A stretch of 64,000 bases of DNA from contig OZ059894.1 in the NCBI GenBank assembly GCA_964057225.1, positions 15,128,001 through 15,192,000 of the forward strand. Reading direction: 5' to 3'. Under the pieces are notes generated by a model, which was not told the origin of the DNA, ran no database searches, and worked only from the letters and a program-made list of their open reading frames with translations. A program made the position numbers and the translations under genes. Positions 11,202 to 24,785 of the stretch are shown in pieces (position 1 is the stretch's first letter; every line of letters starts with the position of its first letter). Source of the DNA: Auanema rhodensis (Eukaryota; Animalia; Nematoda).

Positions 11202-12359
11202 ATGGCTTTCTTAGCGGCTATGGTCGCTGCTAAGTCCCTTATGGATAAAGCGGCTCGAAATGCTCGACCAGCGCAGGTGACCTACTATGATTTTAATGTT
11301 TATGCTTTTTTTGACTTCAGATTGTAAGAACTTCGGCTAGCGTCACATCGATCCAAAATTTTTGTCAACCACGTAGAAGAGTATTGAAATCCGGGAAATC
11401 ACAAAATCCTTTTGCTCGTAATGAGGTAGTTCACAGTTTGCTCAAAGGTTTATACTTATCCACGTATTGGGCAGATGATTAAGAGAATGGGAGGTTGTGG
11501 TGTTCGCAACTTTTGCACAAAAACTGATGATAATTCAATTCTAGAAGAATTGAAATCCGAAAATTGGTAAATGACTTTTCATATTCTGGTATCATGCTAA
11601 TTTTTTTAAAGGAATGCTGTGTATCGTTATCCTGGCGTTCGATTTGCTGTGATGCTAGCTAGAGCAAAACTAATTCAAACTGTTGCTAGCGTCTTCTATC
11701 TTCCCTATTCCACTTTTCAATATTCGCTAGGAAATGCAGATCCTACTTGGTACTATACAACAGCTGGACTTGCCATAGCAGCACCTTTATTTTTAATTTT
11801 ATTCAGCAGGTTTTTTTATTCTCATATGCCTACGGTATTACATATCTTTAGATATTTAAATCGTCTAGTCGGAGTTATTTCTATGAATGATAACAATGAG
11901 TTTATTCGAATTGGTTATCTTACTTTTTGGGGTTCGAGAAAAAATAAGTAGGTCATTCTAGATTTAGGATCTATTTAATTTTTTTTAGATATGTTGAGGT
12001 GAATGAAGTTTTGCCTTTGTCAGAAGTTTCTAGCAGCAAATCTGATGCTCTTGTTAAATTTACTTGGTATGGAAGGTAATCCTTTAATTTGTTAACAACC
12101 GGTTGCGTCAAAGAAAATAGTAAAATAAAATTCAACCTGCTCATTGTCTCAATGAGCAACGATTGTCTCTCAATTGTCTAGAGCACTAATTGAGTTCAAA
12201 ATATTTCAATCTTTAATTATTTATTCATATAATCTGTGTGTTTTCAGTGATAATTACCTGTATCTTCCAATAAAACACGCAGAAATAGTTGATGAGGAAA
12301 GAGCATATTTATTATTTGGAGATCTATCAATATTTGACTCGAACAAAAAAATGATGTAA
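11202..12359 (+). CDS. TMEM186: TMEM186-like mitochondrial membrane protein (complex I assembly factor family)
   Basis: ATG immediately after AATTTAG acceptor; basic presequence-like N-terminus; W/NAVYRYPGVRFAVMLARAKLIQT...IRIGYLTFWGSRKNK; C-terminal LLFGDL. Confidence 0.8.
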
Positions 12360-12706
12360 ATATTAAATTTATATTTAATAATTTTCCTCGTAGAGGTTTC
12401 AGTTTTTAATTAAAATCTTTTTATTCTGTGTATGAAAAATGATCTCACTTTGATAGTTTAAAAATGACTAGTTATAAAATTATTTTAAAAATACATTTTC
12501 ACAACCAATGGAAAGAACAATGGCACCATTAAAAAAAAATTCTATCACCTGTACGAGACAAAATGTGTAGTATAATACGAGGGAAATTAAGCTTTCTACA
12601 TGAAATTATATTTAATTGGTATTTAATACGAAGCTCACATCTACAAACATAATTGTTGATCCCGTTTAGATGTTAGTTCAGGTTATCATTAGTTTTTCAA
12701 AATATA

Positions 12707-13954
12707 TCAATCGTACTTGAGACTTTTAGCTCTACTCATTAGGTTCTTAAGAACAACAACAATAAAAGTTAAGGAGAGTAGGAAAACCGCAAGAATAAGC
12801 GCGTTAATTGGTTTATAAATTGTTCCATCTTCAGGTGACGAATCTAGATCCGCTGCTTCGCATAAGTTCCAAGCAACCATGTTGATACATAAATGGAAAA
12901 GCTGAATTTGGAAGTTATACTACTTTTTTTCTAAACATGAGCTACCTGGTGTCCATATCCCAAAATGTCGAATGTTCCTGGGGCAAATCTTTCTGGGACA
13001 TGTCCTCCCATGAATACACCACTATATAGAAGCCATAGGAAAGCTTTAGTGTGCAAGCTGAGGCTGCTATCATTAGCATCAGATGAAGTCTATGAGATTA
13101 GACCAATTTTGATTAAAATTGTTTTTCAATATACCCAATAACGATGAATGAGTGGAATGTATAACCATATGGCAAGAAACAGACATGTCAACATTCTAAG
13201 CTCCAACCGGTATGGCCAATGCGGGCGACAAACGAAAAGATAGCATGACGACAAGAACTGAAGCCCTAACACTACTAATAGAAGAGAAGGCAGATAAACC
13301 TAAAAACAAATTATTCTGTAATTCAATGTCTATATATTTGATTAAAATACAATACGAGCTAATAATTCCATTTCTTGATTACAGGCAAATCGTTGAAGAC
13401 CAATTGATACTCCAAACATGGCTATGCCAGCAAAATCAATTAAAAACCAGAAAATATGATCCAAAGGTGATCGTGAATGCTGAAAAAAGTTGTTATTATC
13501 ATCATAGTACTGTTTGAAGTTGTTACCAATAGATGAGCGGCTGATGATCCGAGCAAAAGACAGCATATTCCCATATACAATACTAACACTGGTATTCTGG
13601 GTACATCTGCTCGAAGTTCCGGAATTAAAAACCAAGCAATGAGAACAACTGCCGGTACAAAATGAGTCCAAACATTAATCTATAGCATTCTTTACTTTAA
13701 CAAATATTATGTTTCGCTCCAAATTACGAGAAATAGAAGCTTTGGGAGCTTTGATTCTATTGTGTCAAAGCAAGAGCTGACAAATATTTTCTCGTTTGAT
13801 GACAGAAAACAAAACTTACCACTTCATTATGGGAGCAAAATGCTGATTTCAAATAGTAGGAACAGGGTTGGTGAAGTGGACGATATCCAGACACAATATG
13901 ATTTCTCTTTAGTAATGGCGGTATTTCTTCTGATGTCAATGTTGTGGTTATCAT
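12707..13954 (-). CDS. paqr-3: Progestin and adipoQ receptor (PAQR) family 7-TM protein, membrane progestin receptor-like
   Basis: RNHIVSGYRP, HNEV/INVWTH, SSAAH, and PERFAPGTFDILGYGHQ/LFH motifs; stop after LKYD at 12709-12707. Paralogue assignment is less certain than the family. Confidence 0.85.
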
Positions 13955-16900
13955 GATAGGTCTGCAAAATAGTATGCATTGAAATTTGACGAAAATAATT
14001 TTAATCTAAAGAGTTAAAAAGAAAAATAGTATAGAAGATGAAAGTAATATAGAATATTGGTTTCGAGACAAGTTAAACAAACATTTGGTACCTAGATAAA
14101 TCATAATTTAGACATATGGTTGCGAGAAAGACAAAGAAAACTGAAAATTTGATCTCAAGTGATAGGTTGAGCTAACCCCAAATATCAGAAGTACATCATT
14201 CGAGGTCAGTCATACGTCTCAAGATTAGCATATGAAGATAATAAAAAAGTTGTTGCAGTATGTGATTGACTGATAAATGTGAGAAAAAAATGAGATTAAT
14301 CTTGAAGCATTGGGTTATTAATAGATATATTAGAAATTAATATTAATATGAAATTAATATATTAATGAAAATTGAAATTTTAAATTTTAGCGAAAGTTAT
14401 AGTAGTTTCATTCTTACTATATAACAAATAGTTAATCGGTTGTTCATCATCATTCATAATGGTATATAATAAAAGAGAAAGCAAATATAAAAAACCAGTA
14501 CATCTACAACTATATACAACCAAGTATAAACACGAATCCTCTTAATACACTAATTTAAGCCATAACCTGCAATGTTTTTGATTGTTATTAAGATTCATAA
14601 GAGAGACTTTTTTTTCGTAAAGTTTTAACAGCTCTGAAGATGAAAAAAGCTTTTTTAGTCAGTCATCGTCTTCTCTTCTGTTGGCTCAACGTCTAGTTTG
14701 ATTTTCGGTGGGCACAGACACTCGTACCCACTCTGCACGAGAGAAAGAGAGATGGGAACAGTAAGAAAGGGATCGAGAGGTAACGAATGAAATGCAGACA
14801 GAATGAAAGGGAGAGAGAGATAGAAGGAGGGAGAGACAGAAGGAGGGAGAGATGATCTCTTATTTACACTTCTAATATTGAATTTCCAAATCCGCTTCAT
14901 AAGCAGGGTCATTCAGATTTCATATCAATTTCTTTTCCCAACATGTTAAGATTATCCGATTTTTAAAGTACATAAAGTAAAATAATTGAAGACGATGTAG
15001 AATTTTTGGAAAACTGTAAAGAGAAAATGTCTCTTGGGCAGACAAAAGTTTGCTTTCTTGGTTTGATGAACGATTAAAGAAAAACAAGTTCGATTAAGAG
15101 ACTGAAAGTGTCGTCGTAGTAACCTTAAACCTCAATAGAAAAGAGTCTACCACTTAACTCTAAAAACTTATTGTTTCTTGACAAAGAAGCATTTATTTGT
15201 ATAATTTTGATATGTATGTAACATATAAATATAATAAAATCATGATTAGTCGTCGAAACAAAGTATCCAATGCATACATATGTCTGGTAAGTAATACAGT
15301 GTAATATATATTATATTACAAAATATTTAAAGTTATTACTCATTGAAGATGCTTGAAAATGACATAAGCTTATTCAAAGCTCATCAAGCAGATATATCTT
15401 TTATCTTTTTTTTGTAGAAATAATGATAATGATAATAATTTATTATTTATATTATTGTAATAATTCATACATATATGCTGTTATAGAGATTATTTATAAA
15501 ATAATTTAAATCGCATATTATAAAATTCAAAATCAAAGTGATTCAAACCTTTATTATAAGTAAATTTTAAATTGACAAATCTTTTTTTTTGGAGATTACC
15601 TAGTTTAAATAACGATTTGCAAATAGAAATTCAATGGCCTATTTTCATTTAAAATTACTTAAAATATAATAACTTAAAATACAAATCTATTTAGTGAATT
15701 GAATCAAAAAAATAAAATTTTTTAGGCTCCTCTCTCCCCTACAAATAAAAGACAAGTTTATATAAGAGTTATTGTTATAAACGAAGGTTTAACGCAAAGT
15801 TCTATTTGCCAATTCTGTTCTAAACTATTTCTTGAGATTCTAATTAAAACTTCAAAATAATAATATTGAATACAATAAAACATTTGGAGATGCAACCACT
15901 GTTGTTAACAAAATTATTTAAAATGAAATTCAAAAACATCAAGATACTAGTGTAGATATTTACCATAAATGTTTTCTTTTCATAAGCTTTATTCTTTAAA
16001 AAATAGCAATTAGTGAAAACTGGTAGTCAATGTTAAAGAGGGGTACGTTTGGAAGAAACTCAGATTTGCAGTGGACGTCAGAATTGCTTTTTTGGCCATT
16101 GAATGCGAAGAACAGCAAATAGCTAAGTGACAAATGGCATACGATTGACTTCATGAAGAGGGACAAGAGTGGGGCCGAAAAAAAAAAGAAAGTGGATTGA
16201 TTTTCATTCAGTTATATCGTTGATTCGATTGTAATTGAACTTAAGAATATGAACGTATTTACTTATGTATGTATACTACATGTATTACACGTTTTATCTG
16301 GAAAGGAAATGAGTAAGCATGTAAAAGGATAAACAGTACATAGTAATGATTATATAGGGAAAGAGGGATAGAGAGAGAGAAGGAAAATATGAAATATAAT
16401 AGATCCAAACGGATAAACTAAACATATTGTTCCAAATTACTATCATTGTACGTTTTGAGAGTACTCTAAAGCTAATTTGAAAAAAAATCTATTTATACGT
16501 TTTTCTTTTATTGTTACGTCACACAATTTAGTTTTAAAGTATGCATAATGTTCAGAAGCTTTTGGGCCTAAGCGACAATTTCAAATGTCGTATATCAAAA
16601 CTTCGTTTAAGATTTGAATAGAAGAAGCAGAGAGCGCTTATGTCAAATCTTTGAATAAGTGAATTGTATAAACGGAGAGAGGGAGGGAGTTTTAAAACTT
16701 AAGTTTTTTTTAAAGTAAACCTTCATAAAACTTGAAAAAAAATTAATTTTTATAAACCAGATGTTTAACTAAATTATTAGTTTTGATTAAATAATGATTA
16801 TACATACAGTTATTGAAATGAAAATAACCAAAAATTTATTATCGAGCTTCTTATTAGTTGGAAAAAACTTGTATTATAGATTATGAAATGAAATAAATGA

Positions 16901-19035
16901 ATTTATATTAAAAATAAAATTTGTTTTTTTCATAAAAATTGAAGAAATTCCTAATATATATGTATACATATATACTATATATATAGCTTCACATGGTGAT
17001 GAAGCTCTTTTTATCTCAAAAAAAAGAGCCAATGATTGTATCTGCACATCTTTGGATTGAAAGCAAAATAAACGGATGAAACAAAACATTAATTATATAT
17101 ATATATATATACATATATGTAAATATAGTAATTGATATAAGATATATGTATTTATAGTGATATAGAAATAATAATAAACAGATTCACATCTAAGAGATTT
17201 TTCGGTAGAATAAGTTCAGCAAGTTTACTGAAGCGTTGAAATAAAGTAAAAGACCTAGTCTCAAATATGAGGCCAAGAAAATCTTTGTATGGCTTCATGA
17301 TGTTGAATGTGCTTGCCATGAACACAAGCGGGATTGTTATGAACAAGAGGGGTGAAGCTTCTCTAAATGACCGAACTACTGAATATTGAAAGACGACGAT
17401 GACGATGAAAAAGAAGAAAAAAAAGAATTTTCAGTATCATTGACTCTAACATTATCTTTTACCTCTTCTATTTCAATTTTTAGCTTCAGTTTCTTATAGT
17501 CTTTATCTCTTTTGCTAGCTATCTCTCTCGTATTTTTTCCTCATTTTTTTTGCATTGATATGGCAGATAAACAAAAAAAATCATCTTCCAAAACATCAGT
17601 TGTTGAAGATTTTAGAGGAGTTCTAAGCTAACGTCTTAACATTTTATAACAATACAGCTTAAGATTATAAAAAAAATTATAATATTTAATAAAAAATTAA
17701 AAGAAATATTCGAAATATTGAAGATTAGTCTTATTTAATGTTAAATTATTTATTTAATTTGTAGATGATGATTACTCAAAACTGAAAATTAGTTTTTTCT
17801 TCAAATTTTTTGTTGTAGCATCTGTGGGTGAAAAAAGAAAAAAAACGTCGAGGATGATCGATAACTGTTAAATTATTCACAAAGTCTTATGTTATGTAGG
17901 ATATGAGACGAAAAATTACATTTAGCAAAACAATTTCTTCAAAAATACAGAAATTAAAAAAAAAAACTAGAATTACATATAATGAATCTGACATAAACGG
18001 AAAATATTCTTATGTTCTAGTTTCTTGTTTTCTTATAACTAAATGTAATATTTGACCATACAAAACTTTTTTAAAAAAATTATGGAGCAATGCCTGACGA
18101 ATTAGGGCTATGAAAGAGGGGGAGAACAGCAAAATGAAGCAGACATGCAGGGGCCAAGGGAAAATCGACATCCGTCGGCATCAATTGGAAGACGGAGAAA
18201 GCGGAAAAGTAGTGAAATTGTAAGAACGCTAAGCCTGACAGAGGGAGGGTAACAGAGAGAGAGAGGAGAGAGAAGTAAATGGAGAGAGAGAGAGAAAGTA
18301 GCCGTAGAGATACAGATGAGTAGCTGACGCATTAAGATAATATGAATACGAGTAGAAGAATAAGTGGCAGTTTAGTGATTTTAGAATCTAATGAACACAT
18401 TATTAATCTTTCAGATATTGTGATTTGTGAGGATTAATCATTTTCCCAATAATTATTTATTTAATAATAGTTCATTATAACAGAATTGTCAGTATTTGAA
18501 ATATTTCAGAAAAAGATACAAAAATCTTTTTTTTTCAAATCAAATTTTGGCTATATTTTTAGATGGTACATACACATGAACAACCAATTTTTTTTTAAAA
18601 ACCAAACCTTATTAGCGACAAAACGAGAACAGAACTAAAACTTTTTTGTGGGAAATCTTATTTGCATCAATATTCTGGAAGTCTTTGCAAAAGAAAACAA
18701 AAGAGTTCTAGGAACATAAAAGGTAACAGAACTTCGAAATGCTGGAGAGAAACTCGTTTGCTCCATGAGGAAGATCGATGAGCAAATGGCTGGAGCAACG
18801 TTTAGTTGTTCCAAGTTTAGAAATACATATCTTATCCATTGTTCATGAAACAAATATTGAAATTCCAAAAAAACGTTAAAATGGGAAGGGAGCGAGTCAG
18901 CAACAATCCATATTTGTTAGAAACAAAACGAAATTTCTCAAAATATAACTTATATACTTTTATTGTGACATTCAAATTAAATAAAAGAAAGAAAAAAAAG
19001 TTGTAGAAAGATTCATTACTGAAAAGCAATTATTG

Positions 19036-19397
19036 TTAACGTTTTACAATTCCAATTTGATGTTCTTTCAAAGTTTTTTCTATAAACGACCATGGTAAGC
19101 CATGTGAAGGAATTGATCTGATCGCTTGAGATGCATCCTAAAAGAGAAAATTTTTTTTTGTTTCAAATTTTTACCTTTCATACCTTACCAGCTTGGCGTA
19201 ACATTGCTCTTCCACCCGGATGTAGTCCTATATATGACGTAAGATCATAAACCTGAAAACCTGACAGCATTAAAGGAGAATAGAGAGAAAAAGTAAGAAA
19301 AATGATTTATAAAGTGACTCACTTTATCATCAAAAATGATCCATAAGTCTTTTATACTTGAATGCTCTTTTACTTCTTCTAATGTGTATTCTTTCAT
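19036..19397 (-). CDS. Small soluble cytochrome b5, 81 aa, 3 exons (19397-19323, 19252-19184, 19137-19036)
   Basis: MKEYTLEEVKEHSSIKDLWIIFDDKVYDLTSYIGLHPGGRAMLRQAGKDASQAIRSIPSHGLPWSFIEKTLKEHQIGIVKR: YTLEEV, VYDLT, HPGG, AGKDA and a second axial His; no TM tail. Absent from the ORF track. Confidence 0.92.
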
Positions 19398-20215
19398 TTT
19401 TCTTTAAAAATATAAATATTTACATATAAAATAAAAGATTTTAATATAAATGAATGAATTATGTAACGGTAGTCTTTATAAGATTAAAAGATCTATAAAT
19501 GTATGTATATGATGAGATAAGATGTAGATTCGAACAGAGCAAAAGCTTTATATGAACGGATGTTATTCACTCATCTACTGCTTTCTCGACCTTTTTACAT
19601 TTTTAATAACTTTCTAGACATCCATATAGATTAATAGCCTATTGAAGCATTTTACACCTGGCCCAATTGCGTGACTGCTAAATGGACTCAGAAATCATTT
19701 TGTCTGAATATGCTGTTCATCTTCAAGTGCTATTGAACATTCAATATTCTGTTAAAAGACTTTTAGGCTTTATGTAATTTCCCAATTGACTCACTTTGAT
19801 GTTATCATGTTTTTTGTTGTGTGAAAAACGTGAAGTTATTTGAAAGAAACATTTGATTTAATAGTAGAATGCAACCAGCCCAGAAAACAATGAAAATATT
19901 ATATTTTACTTCACGTGAAAAATTGTGCAAATTTTTCACGTAAGAAAAAAATTAACATGCTTTATGCTAATTCACCACAAACATTTAAGTTAACATATTT
20001 ATTTTTTGCAAACGTAAAGCTAGCAAACAGTAAGTCATTTTATGCTTTTTTCATAAATGTTCTTCCAGAAGCGGGAGATCTCAAATAATATAATTATAAA
20101 TATTAAATTCAGTTAAAACCAGGAGTAGGGAAGAGGGCTATAACAAGAAGATCTGAGTATTATTGTATATCATTGTTATAATTAAGCATTTGTATCAATT
20201 TTTCAATTCTAAACT

Positions 20216-21965
20216 CTATAATCTAGAAGCAGGAGTATAGTTTCCTCTGGCATCACTACGGCATTTCTTTACAATGAAGAATACAGCAACACCAATAGCA
20301 GCAAGTACAATAAGTCCAATAATAACGCCGATAAGAATAACTGACCACAATGGTAATGGTGAATACCATTCTGAATAATAATAATTAATTGACGTACATT
20401 GTCATGAATTAGATGAACTCACTATGCTTAAGACGAAGCTTTTGTGAATTCAAGGCTAAGACCAAATTGTCGATAATTGTAGTAAATCCTTCTTCATATT
20501 TCTCTTTTCTTATGAAATATTCTGAATTAAATTAAAATTAATAATAATTAATAATTATAAGGAAGAAAGATAAACATTTATTGTTTATTAGCTTCTATCA
20601 TACTTACCTCCATCCTTGATAACCTTCAAGATGACATTTTTATCTAGTGGAACAGCTGTACCCAAAGCGGTGTAAAGCTAAAACAATACATAAAAATATC
20701 AATAAACATGTAAAAATATTAAAAATTATTTCTTTTTATAGTCATGAAATAAGAAAATAAGAATGAATGACACATTTGTCTTTTGATAAATCATAGTTCT
20801 TTTCTTCTTCTTCATATTTAGAAATGTTTAACTAGCTGAGAAGAGAACATAAAATATATTCGTCTATCATACATAAACCTAATATTTTCCAACAATCTTA
20901 TTCTCATTCTTTACTATTCACTATCTCTCTATTCTATATTCTCTATTCCTATTTCTATTATATAACATTTTGTTGACATTTCAACTTTCCAAATGGGCCT
21001 AAATGCAAACAGTACTATTCAAAGTTATCACCATTTCAAACCAGCATTATTCAAATCGTATCGGAATATATTACAAAAAAATAAGTAATACCATACCACA
21101 TTATCTGCTTTTGAGTAAAAAATGACAATATCATCACTGCAATGACCTCGGTTCCAATTTTCTCGTAAGGTATTAGAGAATATATCAGCAGCCAGAGTAA
21201 CTTGTTCTTTCGAACTGAAATCAAAACAAATTCGAAATATACATATATGTATATGATATACAATATTTATTAACCGATCATTTTATATTAAATTCAGATT
21301 TAGTATAATAAGAAAATAGCTAAACTTACTGCTCATCTGGATTCAACTTCATTTTGTTTACGATAGCAATTGAAAGAATATATCCAAGTCCGGCAGAATC
21401 GCATCCTTAATATATAAATAAAATAAATAAATTTCTCTCTTATATATTTTAAATATTATATGTAAATATAATAATAATAATAATTATTATTATTCATCAA
21501 ACATAATATATTTTGAAATATTACTAATCATTACCTGCTCCGATTCCATATTCTGAACAAACGCAATGAGTTCTATTTTGAGCAGCAACCAATTTATGCA
21601 TGAGATTTAATTCTAAAACCAAACAAATTAATTAAATTAACAAATTAATTTTAAAAAAAATGAAATGATTCAACAAATTTATTTTTAATTTCTCAAAAAT
21701 AACTTACTTTGATCAGGGGGAATAATATTTGATGGATCGCATAGAAAACCTGGCTCTAAGATATTACAGGCAACTATAATATTTATTTTTAAAAGTTTTT
21801 ATAATAAACAACACAAATATCATGTTTATTTTTAAAATATTTAAACGTACATGGATCTTTCATCGAATCAGGGTATGTCTGTGCAGTATAATCAGGAAAA
21901 TCTCGATAATCAGCAAGTGAATATATGGTAAGACATGAAATCAAAATCAAAATCTTCGAAATCAT
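20216..21965 (-). CDS. MOLO-1-like (TPM-domain) type I membrane protein, 8 exons
   Basis: Signal peptide MISKILILISCLTIYSLA, then YTAQTYPDS...AC...FLCDPSNII, CVC, LSIAIVNKM, FSNTLRENWNRGHCSDDIVIFYS, TM helix LPLWSVILIGVIIGLIVLAAIGVAVFFIV, short tail ending SRL. Confidence 0.8.
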
Positions 21966-24785
21966 GATTTTTGCGTTTATTTGAATAAAGAACTAGCAAA
22001 GTGCACAGTAAAGTTGAAGTGAAACTGATAGGAGAATCACAGACGAAGGCTTGAAATACTGAGGAAAGAGAGGGGCTGTCGCGATAAGGAGTTGAGCCCA
22101 CGCATGATGTTCAAAATGGTTGTGACTCATAAAATCGACAATATATCTAACCATTTCAATGATATGAGGAATTTATACAGTTTCCTGTTTATTCATTAGC
22201 AAACTAAAATACAGAATAATAATAATAATAATTACTATAAAATATTTGATAAAATATGAATAAAATTAGATTTAAGTTTATTTTCATGACGTGATACAAT
22301 TTAAAAAAATCTTGTAAATAGTTCAATTTAATATATTCTATGTTAATTATATTTATATCTTATAAATATAAATATACATATAGTTAGTTAGATATATTAT
22401 GTATAATATACAATAACAAATAATATAATAATACTTTTTGATATTAATATTAATCATCAAACTTTTGAACTAACATGGTTCATATGAACTTTCATATAAT
22501 ATTTGTATTGAAGATACAAAGAAATAAACTTTATAATAAAATGAAGAAACAAGTGAAAAACAAGTATTAAATATATGAATAATATTAATGTAATTCTCAA
22601 AATAATAATGTTAAAAAAACAAAAAAATAGCTTAATATAAACTATGTTCTAAAGACCATTTTCAGCTACATTGTACTTTCTTTTATAAAATGGAATCCAA
22701 CTTTAACTCTGAAAATATTTCCATTTTCCGTCAACTTTTATAAATATCTTCCTCTCTCTCTCACTACATATACATATAGAGTATATTATCTTTTACTTCA
22801 AAGATCTAAGCGCTATTCATCTTAGAGTAATCGTATATGTTCATCTTTCTTAGAACGATGTATGTGTATTTCACAATCACTATTCCTCTGTTTTCTGAAA
22901 CATTTTTCGTTTTTTTTCTTAATTTATCTTATCAATTTGATATTATTTTTGATGGCTATATAGATTCTTTGATTATTAGAAATACATGAACATTTTTTTC
23001 GTATCTTGTCCAGATTTTTCTAAAATCCAAGATTTATTTTAATAGCTGGAAAAAAAAAAGAAAAATGAGAGGCTAAGATAGAGACATGAAAAATGAAGTC
23101 TTGTTTGACTAACTAGGAAAAATGACATTCAATAATTTGAATCTTGTTGACATATAAAGATCATCTTGAATTTCCATTTATATGTCTAGTTTGATTCATA
23201 ATTCATCTATAATATATCTTTTATTATTACACTTAATTCATTTGTTAAAAAACATAGAAAACAATATATAAATATATTATCTACGTATCAATATCCCTCC
23301 CACCTTCTTTTATTTTCATATCAATTTAAACTTATCATCTTTGATCATCATGATAATAAACCTCAAAAGCTTGTATTTATGATTTAATTTCTTATTAGAA
23401 TAACTGCTTAGGATCTGTTTTCAGATCAATTCTATTATATATTTTTTTTTTGCAGAAGAAAAATTATCCTGAATAAGCGAACCAGAAAAATAAACAGAAT
23501 GAGATAGAAAGTTCCACGAGTAGTAAGTAGGCTCTCAGAAAATTGTACGTTTTTTTTCAAATTTCAATTTTTTTTTTGATATCAAACACTTGCTCAATTG
23601 ATTTCCCTTTTCTCACTTCATTCACTTATATATGTTGATGTATGATCTTTTTCTTTGAACCTTATTTAGCCTTTGAGATCTTAGTATAATGAGCGTTTGC
23701 AACATATAACGAAAACATAGTTTAAGAAATTTCTAAATTTTGTTTCATTCTATTCTTTGCGCCCTTTAAGCTTATCACCAACTTTTTGCACAAGGCCTAT
23801 AAAAGCCAAAATGAGACTAAATGTGTTATCGTGGCTTCTTTCATATTCCGAAGTTCTTATTCTGTTGTGCTTTCACGGAAATCCGCTTTCTTTTGCCTTC
23901 TAAGAATTTTTGTCTTCTACCCCCTGCTTAACGTAGAGCCCAAACTATAATCAACTTCATAACTTTCCTCCCCCTCATTTCCCCCTGTCTTTCGTCATCT
24001 CCTCATTTCTTACTTTCTATTCTAATGATATATACTAATCAGTTGAAATAGTTTATTTCTTTCATTCATTAAAAAAAATTGAAAAATGGGCGTGTACTAA
24101 CAGTTGAAGAAATTGAATGTTTTGACAAAGCAGAAAACACCTATAATCCCATCTCACGCTCTTATTGCTCCCAATCATATCAACATGTTATTCGTCGGTT
24201 GCTACTTCTTGTATTCGGGATATGACTTTCTTTTCGAGGAGACTCCTTCGTTTTCTTCACTGTTCAGCATTTCTTACTACTCTCACCCTCTTACTTCGTA
24301 CCTTCATTAAAATTTATAATGATTTGCTATTTCTTCAGTTAACCATAGTATGTATATTTACTTCATTCAAAGTAAATTTGATCTAGTATAATACTAATTT
24401 CTTGTTTGGATAGTATTCACGATGTTTTCTTCCTATTTTGCTAATTGAGAAGACTAATAACAATTGACCTACAGCAATAGCAAATACGAAATCTCATCTT
24501 GAACTTTACTAGAAAGTAATCTTCTACTATAGACCTCTCATATTCTTTTCATCTTAAGCAAACTTTATTGAGAAAATTTCATTGTAATTTCACATATCAT
24601 TTCTTCTCAAAGAAAGCTACACTCAACTTGTCTTGATGTTTTGTTGATCACAAAACGAAAGCTCATTGAGAAAAGTTGAAAGCAATCTATGCTACAACTT
24701 AAATTTTATCTTTTTCTGACTAGTTGTTCATCTAATACATCTTCAATATCCTTCTGCACTTATCGCTTACCCTTTAAGATAGAAA

